From a virus, in IMG/VR virus record IMGVR_UViG_3300031963_014654, positions 6,502 to 70,501 of that record: DNA of 64,000 nt; one strand, 5' to 3'. Each line of letters begins with the position of its first letter. Position 1 is the stretch's first letter. Shown here piece by piece: positions 1 through 9,054 of this stretch. A model generated the notes under the pieces. It worked only from the letters and a program-made list of their open reading frames with translations. It did no database searches and was not told where the DNA came from. Made by a program: the position numbers and the translations under genes.

Positions 1-456
1 ATGTATTCCATCTATTAACATCCCATTAAAATCCACAATTCGTATATTTTTGTTTGCGCTATATTGATTTTCTGGTTCAATATAGTTTAATGGTTGTACT
101 GTTTCTAATTCAACTAATCCTGTTGCCTCTCTCGAAAAGTATGATAAGTTATTATCTAAATTATCGGTATCGGTTGTGGAATAAAGAATTGAATCAATTA
201 TGTAAGGATTATTATCAACTTCTCTTTTAACCTCGCCATGTGTTGCTCCATTTACATTTACTCTTACGCCTGTTGATGATCCTGCATTATTAGAAAAACC
301 ATAAATATCGCCACCAAACAAAACATAAGAAAGACTTGTGCTAAGAGTATTTACAATTTCTACAACTAAAATTTTGTTTAACGCTTCAACTGTTTTTTCG
401 GAAAGCCCTGTAAAATCGTTGATTTTCGTTTCAAATTTGTTTAAGAAATCAATCAT
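1..456 (-). CDS. Capsid-like protein paralogue 3 (runs off window start; not in ORF track)
   Basis: Manual translation from ATG at 456: MIDFLNKF...SYVLFGGDIYGFSNNAGSSTGVRVNVNGATHGEVKREVDNNP...QPLNYIEPENQ...IRIVDFNGMLIDG. Aligns by eye with 534..1238 (YVVFGNNIYG..AGSSTGVTV..HAQVKRE..PLNYQEPEN..VRIPDFEGM). Confidence 0.8.
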   Translation of the reverse strand, partial: MIDFLNKFETKINDFTGLSEKTVEALNKILVVEIVNTLSTSLSYVLFGGDIYGFSNNAGSSTGVRVNVNGATHGEVKREVDNNPYIIDSILYSTTDTDNLDNNLSYFSREATGLVELETVQPLNYIEPENQYSANKNIRIVDFNGMLIDGIH

Positions 457-473
457 TGGTGATTTGTTTTTTG

Positions 474-505
474 AAAAAAAGCCAAAGAAACAAGTTCTTT
501 GGCTT
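474..505 (-). terminator. Intrinsic terminator after 534..1238
   Basis: Stem aagccaaagaa/ttctttggctt with 5-nt loop, followed by a T-tract on the minus strand. Confidence 0.85.
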
Positions 506-533
506 CTTTATAATTTACTTCCGTTTTTGGATT

Positions 534-1238
534 TTAGTAACCTAAAAACTTGCTACGTGTTGCAACATCAGGAGCAGCTACCGCTGTTGGTACAGCTAAA
601 GGAGCAGAAACTTGTAATTGCAATGGAGCTTGTCCGTTTGGAGCAGGTCTTGAAGTTGTTACGATAACTGAATCATCAGAAGCAGCGTTACGTAAATCTA
701 CTTTTGTACCTACTGAAAGGATTAAAGTGATTGTAGTACCTGTTTTAATGGTTCCTGTTAAATAACTACCACCATAAATATCCATACCTTCAAAGTCAGG
801 AATACGAACCAATAAAGATTGGTTGTTTTCTGGTTCTTGGTAGTTTAATGGTGTTACAGGGATTGATTGAAACTTACCTGTTGAATCTTTTTCGATGTAC
901 GAAATAGTATTCGATAAGTTATCAGCATCGCTAGTTTTGTACTTCGCCATTACCAATTGTGCAGGTGAGTTCGCTGTTTCGCGTTTTACCTGTGCGTGGC
1001 TTGATTCTGAAATTGTAACAGTAACACCTGTAGAAGATCCTGCAGAAGCAGCATCACCATAAATGTTATTACCAAATACAACGTAAGTTGCATCAGCATT
1101 TGTTGCATTTGTAATTAATACCGTGAAAGTACGGTTTAATTGTTGCAAACGGTTAGCAGGAGCCATTCCGTTACCTCCAAAATTGGAGAAACGTGAAGCA
1201 GATCTAGCTACCAATGATTTGTAAGAATTTGGGTTCAT
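534..1238 (-). CDS. Putative major capsid protein (single jelly-roll-like, beta-rich)
   Basis: 234 aa with 8-10 amphipathic beta-strand-like segments; own terminator; two paralogues flank it and a packaging-type ATPase is nearby. The fold is inferred. Confidence 0.55.
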   Translation of the reverse strand: MNPNSYKSLVARSASRFSNFGGNGMAPANRLQQLNRTFTVLITNATNADATYVVFGNNIYGDAASAGSSTGVTVTISESSHAQVKRETANSPAQLVMAKYKTSDADNLSNTISYIEKDSTGKFQSIPVTPLNYQEPENNQSLLVRIPDFEGMDIYGGSYLTGTIKTGTTITLILSVGTKVDLRNAASDDSVIVTTSRPAPNGQAPLQLQVSAPLAVPTAVAAPDVATRSKFLGY

Positions 1239-1289
1239 TGTTTTCTTTGTGTTTTTTTTGATTGATGTTTATTTTGCTTTTGAAAATAA

Positions 1290-1391
1290 TTAGCGACCTA
1301 ACATTTTGTTTACGCTTGGTTTAACTAATTCTGCAACTAAAATCGCAACTACGATTACACCTGCATACATAAGGGCTGTTTTAAAATTCAT
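1290..1391 (-). CDS. 33-aa single-TM microprotein (MNFKTALMYAGVIVVAILVAELVKPSVNKMLGR)
   Basis: Manual translation; hydrophobic helix; lies between terminator 1526-1553 and the putative MCP. Confidence 0.65.
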   Translation of the reverse strand: MNFKTALMYAGVIVVAILVAELVKPSVNKMLGR

Positions 1392-1525
1392 TTTGAATGG
1401 GTTTTTTGGTTTTTAATTTTTTTTGACTATAATAAGTGATGCAAAATTCAGAAAACATTATAAATATGGAAAGTGCTTTTGTTTTACAATTATGTTTTTT
1501 GTAAATAAATAGGCTAAATGGCACT

Positions 1526-1553
1526 AAAAAAGCCACATTTTCCAATGTGGCTT
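1526..1553 (-). terminator. Intrinsic terminator after 1602..2111
   Basis: Stem agccacatt/aatgtggct, loop ttcc, T-tract on the minus strand. Confidence 0.8.
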
Positions 1554-1601
1554 GTAATTTTATTTTTTACAAAAATTCTATTGTAAATATCAAATTTGAT
1601 T

Positions 1602-2111
1602 TTATTTTGGTACGCGTGTAAGTGTTAGGTTTGTTCCTGGTGCAAACAAATCAATTAATGATTTAATGAAATTTGACTTTTTTGTGGCTTGCTTTACCTT
1701 AATGATTACATCCATACGGCTATTGGCATTAATTACTCCTGTAATACCATCTTTACCTGTAATGGTAAGTTCGGGATTGCGAATTACAACAAAGTTTGGA
1801 ATTGAATTAATTACATCTACATAATCAACCGGATTGAATGATACTTGCACGTATTTTCCTGTTGCATCACTATGCTGCAATGTAATTGGATTACTCAATT
1901 GCTCATTGTTATTGGTGCGTATTTTAATTTCTTTTACATCAAAATAGGCTTGTGCGCTTTGGCGTGTTGCTTGCATAAGTGAACTTTCGGCTACATTTAC
2001 GGATACGCCTGGTCCACTTTGTAAGCCTTGGTTATAGCCAAATGCAGCCCATGGTAGGGCTGTTTTTGTATTATTTACTATTGTAATTGTGAGTGTATCG
2101 TTTTTAAACAT
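1602..2111 (-). CDS. Capsid-like protein paralogue 2
   Basis: Shares the pattern TITIVNNT..FG..GVSVNVAESS..LSNPI..DATGK..PVDY with 534..1238. Confidence 0.6.
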   Translation of the reverse strand: MFKNDTLTITIVNNTKTALPWAAFGYNQGLQSGPGVSVNVAESSLMQATRQSAQAYFDVKEIKIRTNNNEQLSNPITLQHSDATGKYVQVSFNPVDYVDVINSIPNFVVIRNPELTITGKDGITGVINANSRMDVIIKVKQATKKSNFIKSLIDLFAPGTNLTLTRVPK

Positions 2112-2769
2112 TGTGATTATGGATTGATGTTTCTGGTTGAATTATTTCGGGTGCTGTTTCAATTGGTGCAATTGTATTATCTATTACTGCTGCAGGTTCA
2201 ATTGCTTTTGTATCTGCAATTGGTTCTGGATGTATTGTATTTTCTACATCGGCTTGCTGAATTGTTTGCATTGCGGAATCAACTGAACTTATCATGTAAT
2301 CGGATAATTCAAGTACTTCGTTTCGCTTGTCGGACATAAACGATTTAAGCATTTTCGAAAACATTTTTGGTATTCCAGGCATTTCGGCATTTGGATCCAT
2401 CGATTCCTTTTGAGCAACAAAATATTGCTTTATGTTTAATAAAAACGATTTTGGTACTTGAATGCTTACAACTTCATCTACAAAGGTTTCTGAATTTGGT
2501 AATTCAACTTGTTTTGTTGTTTGTAATTGTGTTCCATCGGCATTCAGTACAACCAATTCATCGGGCTTTACTTCTAAAAAATATTGTTTTTTAGTAAGCG
2601 TTAAATTGTAATGTTTTGATAAATGTGCTTTTACATTTTCATCGTCAGAGCATAAGCCTTCTGGATGCTCAATTAACACAATATCCCCACGTACTCCATA
2701 TACGTATGTACGGTGCAATGGTTTATATTGATTAAATCCTATAAATTGTACTAAAGTTCCTTTTTTCAT
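2104..2769 (-). CDS. Hypothetical protein
   Basis: 221-aa ORF, coupled to its neighbours. Confidence 0.7.
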   Translation of the reverse strand: MKKGTLVQFIGFNQYKPLHRTYVYGVRGDIVLIEHPEGLCSDDENVKAHLSKHYNLTLTKKQYFLEVKPDELVVLNADGTQLQTTKQVELPNSETFVDEVVSIQVPKSFLLNIKQYFVAQKESMDPNAEMPGIPKMFSKMLKSFMSDKRNEVLELSDYMISSVDSAMQTIQQADVENTIHPEPIADTKAIEPAAVIDNTIAPIETAPEIIQPETSIHNHNV

Positions 2770-2780
2770 TTTTTTTGTTT

Positions 2781-3776
2781 TTATTTGTTATTTGGTAAAT
2801 ACATTTTTTTAAACTTTTCGGTTAATCGTTGTATTGCTTTTGAATGTACATCGGGGCTTTTTCGCTGTGCGGATGTAATTTCTTGGTCAAATACCATTGC
2901 TGTAATTTCATCTTGTATTACACGTGGATAATGCAAAATATATTTACGGCACGCAATGGCAAAGTTTTTATCGGATATTGGAAATAGTTTTCGTTTCCAA
3001 CGATCGATATAAATACAATACGATTTTGCTCCTAACCATTGTTCCTTGGTTATTTTTTGCGCTTCGTACAATTCATTTGCTAATGCATATTGCGCTTCTA
3101 CTGCAAAATGTGCAATCATTAACAAATTCATATCAAAATTGTTCTTTTTGTCGGCTGGCATACTCTCCGGACTATCTAATCCTTTGTGCAATCGAATAAA
3201 ACGAACGTTTTCGCATTCGGTTACTCCCATTTTGCGCCATGCTTGGTGGGCAAATAAGGTATGGCAACCACGGTGGCGCAATCCCATCAAATTACCTACT
3301 AAATCTTTGTCGCTCGATGTTCCAAATGCAGCATATCCATCAATATCATCAAATACGGCTAATCCGTTTCTGTAATTAGCCAATACATGCTTCATTACTT
3401 CTACTTTGCGCTTGCTATTCATGGCGCTACCATCACTATCAATTGGCGTTATTTGGCGTATTTCAACTGTTTTTTGAGAAACGAATTTTCGAATTGCTTC
3501 GGGTGTTGGTGGCAATGTTTTAAATTTTGCATAACCATCTTCGTTCTGAAAATTAAGAATAAGCACTTTTCTGCCATTTTTAACGCCTTGTATTGTTTGT
3601 GCGTACAATTTGCATTGCTCAATGTTTTTATGCGTTTTGCCAACGCCTGTAAGCCCAATTACGCTGGTAGAAAAACATTCCTCGGATTCAAATTTGAATT
3701 TAGGAGCTGTATCCACTTTTGCTGCAGGATTTTTATCCTTTGGAGCTTGGTTATTTGTTGGTTTTTTGGGTTCCAT
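2781..3776 (-). CDS. FtsK/HerA-superfamily (A32-like) genome-packaging ATPase
   Basis: Walker A GLTGVGKT, Walker B LAVFDD, arginine-finger/sensor segment GLRHRGCHTLFAHQ; next to capsid-like genes. Confidence 0.7.
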   Translation of the reverse strand: MEPKKPTNNQAPKDKNPAAKVDTAPKFKFESEECFSTSVIGLTGVGKTHKNIEQCKLYAQTIQGVKNGRKVLILNFQNEDGYAKFKTLPPTPEAIRKFVSQKTVEIRQITPIDSDGSAMNSKRKVEVMKHVLANYRNGLAVFDDIDGYAAFGTSSDKDLVGNLMGLRHRGCHTLFAHQAWRKMGVTECENVRFIRLHKGLDSPESMPADKKNNFDMNLLMIAHFAVEAQYALANELYEAQKITKEQWLGAKSYCIYIDRWKRKLFPISDKNFAIACRKYILHYPRVIQDEITAMVFDQEITSAQRKSPDVHSKAIQRLTEKFKKMYLPNNK

Positions 3777-4712
3777 TTATTTTACTTCTTCGGCTATTAT
3801 TGTTTCAATTTCTTCTTCGGTTTCCTTTGGTTCTTCTTTTGGACCGGATTGTTTAGGAGCTTGGCTACGGATTAAATCCATTAAGTTGTTTTCCAGAATT
3901 TTGTTTTCTTTACGTATTTCAACAACTATTTTTGCTTTTTTAACTCCTATCATTAATAATCCAACCACTAACTTTTCGCCATTTGTTAATCCACGGATGC
4001 CTTTTTCTTGCATCATGGCAACCAATGGCTCGCGAATCATATCAATATCTTCATCGTCAAACTTAATTTTTTCGGTGTTTTTTTCGTTTTGCTCCTTAAT
4101 TTGTTCAACGGCACCTTTAAAATTATAAAATTCGCGGTGCAATTTTACTCCAACGAGCATTGGACCAAAAATACCAATTGCATAGTTTAATCCTTTTTGT
4201 CCAAAATCGATTAAATCGTTTGCCGAACCGGATGGAATGTTAAATGGACTTGTTCCATCACCACCATCATTTACGGTGTGCTGTTCGGCATAACCTTCAT
4301 CTCCTGGTGGCGTTGGTTCAAATTCCTCGTTTGGTGGTGTTGGTTCAAAATCATTTGCTGGTGCTGTATCTTTTGGATTTTGCGGATTTGGATTTGGCTG
4401 CGCTGTATCGGCTTTGGCTTTATCATTTACAGTAGATGCTGTTTTGTGCGAGTTTACGCCTGCATCGGTATAATCGCGTTCCACGGTTGGGCGTGCAAAT
4501 GGTTCCTCCGAAATATTAATTTTTCCAACTCCTTCCAATTCTACTTGGTTATCTATTGGTGTTTTTGTGGTTTTATCGTTTAGTTGATCTTCCATGCTTT
4601 TTCTGAATTGTGTGTGTGTTGTTGGTTGTTCTGGTGTTTGGTTTATTTCTTCTGTTGGTTTTGGTGGCTCGGCTGTTTGCTTTGCTTTTGGGATACGTTT
4701 TTTATATGACAT
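3777..4712 (-). CDS. Hypothetical acidic, low-complexity protein, possible packaging accessory
   Basis: 311 aa; FEPTPP twice; hydrophobic C-terminal segments; abuts the ATPase. Confidence 0.6.
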   Translation of the reverse strand: MSYKKRIPKAKQTAEPPKPTEEINQTPEQPTTHTQFRKSMEDQLNDKTTKTPIDNQVELEGVGKINISEEPFARPTVERDYTDAGVNSHKTASTVNDKAKADTAQPNPNPQNPKDTAPANDFEPTPPNEEFEPTPPGDEGYAEQHTVNDGGDGTSPFNIPSGSANDLIDFGQKGLNYAIGIFGPMLVGVKLHREFYNFKGAVEQIKEQNEKNTEKIKFDDEDIDMIREPLVAMMQEKGIRGLTNGEKLVVGLLMIGVKKAKIVVEIRKENKILENNLMDLIRSQAPKQSGPKEEPKETEEEIETIIAEEVK

Positions 4713-4713
4713 A

Positions 4714-5160
4714 TTATTGTTGTTTAAATTTTGTAATGTTATTTGTTATTTGCTGGTAAATGGTATGGTGATTTTTGTCGATTGCAGGAAGATCAACAAT
4801 GTTTTTCATTTTTTTTATATCCGCACTTATTTGGTTTCGAGTGTATGGATACTTAGGAAATTTGCTTTTTATTTTTGCTGCAGAAAGGTTGCAATGCACT
4901 TTTAGCAGGTAAAAACAAGTTTTACGTGCTTTTTTGTACGGTTCGGTACGCGAAACGGCAAGGTTTTTTTGTTGCACTTTGTGGATTTCAACAACTTGTG
5001 CAACTATGTATTTTTGTAAATCGATTGAATGAAGCTGTGGATTACTTTCGAGTGAAAGTGCTTCGATAAGGTCGGCCGCTTTGGGGCTACCATGTTTAGC
5101 AATTAATGAATCAATTGCATTGTTGATACGCAATAGTGGGTTGTTTTCTGACATAAGCAA
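4714..5160 (-). CDS. Putative HTH DNA-binding protein (DnaA C-terminal-like)
   Basis: SRTEPYKKARKTCFYLLKVHCNLSAAKI resembles the DnaA domain IV-like motif. Confidence 0.45.
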   Translation of the reverse strand: MLMSENNPLLRINNAIDSLIAKHGSPKAADLIEALSLESNPQLHSIDLQKYIVAQVVEIHKVQQKNLAVSRTEPYKKARKTCFYLLKVHCNLSAAKIKSKFPKYPYTRNQISADIKKMKNIVDLPAIDKNHHTIYQQITNNITKFKQQ

Positions 5161-5272
5161 ATTAATGAATATTAATATGCGCTATATCCTACCGGTTTTC
5201 CATTTTTTAGTAGTTATCAAGTATCAGCTTGATGCTGTTCCCATTATTTTTTTATGCGTGTTGTAATAAGTA

Positions 5273-5602
5273 TTAAATGTAAGTAGATTCGTTGAATTTG
5301 CGTACTGCTCTTTTGTCGAACCAAAAATATAATTTTGTAAAAGCCATAATTGCAAATGTGAATGTAATTGCAATAATTGCATCTTTTGTAAATAATGCGC
5401 TAAAAATAATTGCAAGCACTCCCATTCCATACGTAGTATCGGGGCTTTCTTTTGCATATACATCACATACATGGTACGTGGTATCGGATGGTCCTGCTGA
5501 AAAAGTAGCACCATGCATTTCGGCCATATCTTTACGTGTTTGAACGCCACTAATAGCTATTTGAATATCTTTGCCTTGGTTATTTTTTACGTATAAAATC
5601 AT
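5273..5602 (-). CDS. Membrane protein
   Basis: Two hydrophobic segments in the C-terminal half. Confidence 0.6.
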   Translation of the reverse strand: MILYVKNNQGKDIQIAISGVQTRKDMAEMHGATFSAGPSDTTYHVCDVYAKESPDTTYGMGVLAIIFSALFTKDAIIAITFTFAIMAFTKLYFWFDKRAVRKFNESTYI

Positions 5603-5630
5603 GCTTTATTTTGGTTTTTTCAAAATATTT

Positions 5631-6011
5631 TTATAAAACATTTACAAATTTAACTGCATTATCCCAACCTTTATCTGTTGGTTCAAACCTTGCAATTGGT
5701 GAATAATAGTCTTTGTTATCGCAAAAGTGAGGATCAATTAGTATTTGTTTCATTAAGTCAGAATAAGAACACTCGTAAACCATAATCTTTTTTCCTTCGT
5801 AGTTAGTGCAATCGTGATATTTAATAAAAATTATTAAATAAACTCTATCTGGTGATTCTTTTAATACACTTGTCCATTTAACTACTGAATAATTATTTGG
5901 CTTTGGATTAGGCAAACTCGATTCAACAAAATTCGTTTCGCGTTTTTTATCGAATAAACTTCTGCTTTTCGAAAATGAGCTTTTACTAAAACCACAAGTA
6001 GGCATTCCCAT
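5631..6011 (-). CDS. Hypothetical phage protein
   Basis: 126 aa; PNPKPNNY..CTNYEGKKI..DPHF..PIARFEP resembles a recurrent phage family. Confidence 0.6.
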   Translation of the reverse strand: MGMPTCGFSKSSFSKSRSLFDKKRETNFVESSLPNPKPNNYSVVKWTSVLKESPDRVYLIIFIKYHDCTNYEGKKIMVYECSYSDLMKQILIDPHFCDNKDYYSPIARFEPTDKGWDNAVKFVNVL

Positions 6012-6021
6012 ATTATTATTT

Positions 6022-6618
6022 TTACTTTTTAGTTAATGTAAATACACTTTCGCTTGCATCTTTACGGTAAAGTTTAAATTCGCCAATGGTGCAACCGGTT
6101 GGTCCAATTTCGCCAAAAAATCCTGTATTAAATCCTGCTTTTTTAAGTTCGGCTGTTGTAACTGTTGTTTTGCCTAATTCAAATAAATTTGATAAGGCTT
6201 GTTTATCGTTGGATGCTGGTTTGCTTAATTCGGCAATACGTGCTTGCTTTGCTTCGGCTTCCTTTTTTTGTGTTTGATCTTCGGCAACCACTTTTTTAAC
6301 GGCTACTTTTGTATGCTTTTTGGCTGCATCTTTTTCGGCCTTTTTTTGTGCTGCATCCTGTTCTGCCTTTTTTTGCGCTGCAATTGTTTCGGCTTCGTCC
6401 TCCATATCAAAATAATCTGGAAGGGTTTGCATAATATCAGCATCAATTGAATCCAATTCAGCCTCTATTTTTTGCTTATCCTCAATTGAAATATCGGCTG
6501 TTATTTTAGATTGCATTGCACGGAACTTTTCAATTTTACGTAAAATTCCACGTGGTAAATCGGTATCTGTTTCTTTGATACCGTTGTCATTTAATATTTT
6601 TTCGAAATCGAATAGCAT
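6022..6618 (-). CDS. Hypothetical protein with Lys/Ala-rich linker
   Basis: 198 aa; AQKKAE repeats. Confidence 0.65.
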   Translation of the reverse strand: MLFDFEKILNDNGIKETDTDLPRGILRKIEKFRAMQSKITADISIEDKQKIEAELDSIDADIMQTLPDYFDMEDEAETIAAQKKAEQDAAQKKAEKDAAKKHTKVAVKKVVAEDQTQKKEAEAKQARIAELSKPASNDKQALSNLFELGKTTVTTAELKKAGFNTGFFGEIGPTGCTIGEFKLYRKDASESVFTLTKK

Positions 6619-6620
6619 AA

Positions 6621-6881
6621 TTATGTAGTTAATGTGTTTGTAAATTGCAAATTTTTAACATTTATATCGCATGGCAATGCTTCGGAAATATGAATAGCCT
6701 GGTGATCGCCATTTGTATAATTGTGTTTAATATAATTAATTGCTTGTGCTCTCTGGAACACGTGTGCATCAATATTTGAGTTTAAATAAAAAAACGATTC
6801 GCCATTATTATGAACATAATGCTCTGTTGTTTTAGATTGAACAAAATAAGCATCTGCATTTTTAAACTCTTGCTCTGTCAT
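6621..6881 (-). CDS. Hypothetical protein
   Basis: 86 aa directly downstream of promoter 6891-6922. Confidence 0.6.
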   Translation of the reverse strand: MTEQEFKNADAYFVQSKTTEHYVHNNGESFFYLNSNIDAHVFQRAQAINYIKHNYTNGDHQAIHISEALPCDINVKNLQFTNTLTT

Positions 6882-6890
6882 TTATGGGTG

Positions 6891-6922
6891 CTAAATTAAT
6901 AAGTGTTTTTATGAAATGCAAA
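6891..6922 (-). promoter_or_regulatory. Bacteroidota-type -33/-7 promoter
   Basis: Minus strand TTTG-N20-TAATTTAG. Confidence 0.6.
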
Positions 6923-7007
6923 TTTTTTTTGCGTATTTTTTTATTTTAATTATTTTGGGCCGTTTTTTTCGGAAAGTTTTGTTTGTGTTTTACAAAATTA
7001 CATATTA

Positions 7008-7095
7008 GGGTGTTGTTTGGGTATTGTTTGGGTGCCGATTGGGTATGCTATACAAAAACCGCAAAGCGCGGTATTCATCTTGGAATATCGCGCTT
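7008..7095. repeat. Four GGGT units at 11-bp period plus a GC-rich hairpin
   Basis: GGGT at 7008, 7019, 7030, 7041; hairpin aagcgcggtattc/gaatatcgcgctt at 7064-7095. Confidence 0.7.
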
Positions 7096-7124
7096 CGAAA
7101 CTAATTCATCCTATTGTGGAATGA

Positions 7125-7349
7125 TTAGCGGTGGTTGTTTTTGATGTTTACTGTATAATTTTTAGCATTATAGTAAATGGTGCATATACCAAATATTGCT
7201 AATGCAATGCGTACAATTGGGTGTAATTCCTTTGCTTTGTATGCTGCATAAATCATTACCGGACCAATTACCAAAACATCCAATACACGAATATTTTGGC
7301 TTTTTTGGTACTCCTGGATTGTTTCTGGTTTAGTTTCCGCTATCTCCAT
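7125..7349 (-). CDS. Small two-TM membrane protein
   Basis: Likely start MEIAET at 7349; KSQNIRVLDVLVIGPVMIYAA..IALAIFGICTIYYN. Confidence 0.65.
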   Translation of the reverse strand: MEIAETKPETIQEYQKSQNIRVLDVLVIGPVMIYAAYKAKELHPIVRIALAIFGICTIYYNAKNYTVNIKNNHR

Positions 7350-7767
7350 GTGTATTGATATAGTTTTGGTATTCGGTAGGGAAGTTTTGTTTAACCCACT
7401 TTTTATAGCCTTGCAAATAGGAGTTTGCTGTTTCGCGGCATTCTTTACCTTCGTAAAACAAAGCAATATATGCAAGGTTTCCTATTGTGCTTGTTGTAAA
7501 ATCTTGCAAGCAATCCAATTCGGCACCATCTAAATAGGCTTTAATGTGCAAATAATCATCCATTTTGGAACGAATTTCAATATCGGAATATTGAACTTGC
7601 TCGTTTATTGGATAAAATGCAATTTCGCGCTCAATATGCTTTAATCGGCCTAAATCAAATGAATCATTCGATTTTTTGTTGATAGCAAAAAGCATTTTTA
7701 CATAAAACAATATTCCGACTATAAATATTGCGCCTAATGATATTTGAATTAGTGTAATTTCTTCCAT
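7330..7767 (-). CDS. Hypothetical protein with N-terminal TM helix
   Basis: 145 aa; hydrophobic N-terminus. Confidence 0.6.
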   Translation of the reverse strand: MEEITLIQISLGAIFIVGILFYVKMLFAINKKSNDSFDLGRLKHIEREIAFYPINEQVQYSDIEIRSKMDDYLHIKAYLDGAELDCLQDFTTSTIGNLAYIALFYEGKECRETANSYLQGYKKWVKQNFPTEYQNYINTHGDSGN

Positions 7768-7784
7768 TTTTTTGGGTTTAGTGA

Positions 7785-8918
7785 TTATTTATACTTTGTA
7801 TCGATTAACTCTTGAATATCTTTTTCGAGCTGGTCGGCCATTGATTTTAAACCGTATTTGCTATAAACGGCAACAAGGTCCTTTGCAAATCCTTGGGCAT
7901 TTGTTTTGTCGGCTTTAAATTCCTTTGTTTTGAATACGGATGCAATGGTTTTGATTTGCTTTTCGCGCGCTGCAGTAGTTACTTTCTTTTTTGGTGCTTC
8001 GGCACGTTTAGCAGCAGCAGCTTCTCGCTTTGCATGTATTGCTTTAACTTCGGCAATTGCTGTTTCGCAATCTACTTCGGATGCATTTTTTAGAACAATA
8101 ACTAACTTATCACCATCGTGCTTGGGTGTAATTTCTTTGCCCTCCAAAAATGATTCTAATTTTGATAGTGGAAATTCATATTGCGATTTAGATGCATTTA
8201 CATAAACAGCACGTGTGGAAAATTTAGCATCATCAACTTTTGCAAGTGTAATTTTTTTTATTTTTGGCTCTTTTACTCCTTCTTCATAAACTTCCAACTC
8301 TTTGCCAACTAACATTGATAAATCAATATCCTTGCCTGTTGGTCCAATTGGTTCCGATTTTTTTATCAATTTTTTTTTATCTTCCGGCCTTATAATTCTT
8401 TCGTACGCTTTATAGCCAATTATTCCTATAATTTTTCCTCTATTTTTTTGCGAAAACTCATTTATATCAAAATACACATCGTTTGCTGGCGATTCATCAT
8501 CAAAAAGTATTGCAGCATCATCTTCTTCGGACGCATCCATTAAAAAACGAGAATCCTTAACACTTAATCCATCTGCATTATATTTGAATTTAGATTGCTT
8601 AATTCCCGACTCGTCTTGCGTTTCTATTTCTTTAGGATTGTATAATCCTGCCTTTTTAACCAATTTTTTCTTTGGTTCGGCTTTTTTAACAATTTTCTTT
8701 TTTTCGGAAGCCTTTTTAACTAATTTTTTTTTAGCTTTTAGTGCTTCTGGATGCTTGGATTCAATTATTTTGAACAAATCGTTAAAATTGTCCTTATAAA
8801 TTTCTACCAATTCTTCATCGGAAAAATTATCGGTATCGGCTGCTATTTGGTTTACTTCGGAAGCAATGTTTGCAGGAAGTTTATCAATTAAAATTCGGTT
8901 GTATTTGTCTATTAACAT
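7785..8918 (-). CDS. Lys-rich hypothetical protein
   Basis: 377 aa; KKK(L/I)VKKA repeated three times. Confidence 0.7.
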   Translation of the reverse strand: MLIDKYNRILIDKLPANIASEVNQIAADTDNFSDEELVEIYKDNFNDLFKIIESKHPEALKAKKKLVKKASEKKKIVKKAEPKKKLVKKAGLYNPKEIETQDESGIKQSKFKYNADGLSVKDSRFLMDASEEDDAAILFDDESPANDVYFDINEFSQKNRGKIIGIIGYKAYERIIRPEDKKKLIKKSEPIGPTGKDIDLSMLVGKELEVYEEGVKEPKIKKITLAKVDDAKFSTRAVYVNASKSQYEFPLSKLESFLEGKEITPKHDGDKLVIVLKNASEVDCETAIAEVKAIHAKREAAAAKRAEAPKKKVTTAAREKQIKTIASVFKTKEFKADKTNAQGFAKDLVAVYSKYGLKSMADQLEKDIQELIDTKYK

Positions 8919-8949
8919 TGTTTTGTTGTGTTTTATTAATTAAATTTTA

Positions 8950-9022
8950 GTTGCATGATTGGACTCGAACCAACGACCTCATAACTAACAGTTATGCGCT
9001 CTCCCAGCTAAGCTACATGCAA
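8950..9022 (-). tRNA. tRNA-Asn (GUU), no encoded CCA
   Basis: Minus strand TTGCATG-TA-GCTT AGCTGGGA GAGC-G-CATAA CTGTTAG TTATG-AGGTC-GTTGG TTCGAGT CCAAT-CATGCAA-C folds as a full cloverleaf. Confidence 0.9.
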
Positions 9023-9034
9023 TTGTTTTTTTTG

Positions 9035-9042
9035 CAAATATA
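9035..9042 (-). promoter_or_regulatory. -7 promoter element upstream of the tRNA
   Basis: TATATTTG on the minus strand, 12 nt before the tRNA 5' end. Confidence 0.5.
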
Positions 9043-9054
9043 GATTATTTTTGT

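Noticed and set aside
5224-5550. Alternative-frame minus-strand ORFs (also 3449..3658, 13936..14169, 63234..63464)
   Set aside because: They overlap better-supported genes on the same strand and have no motifs
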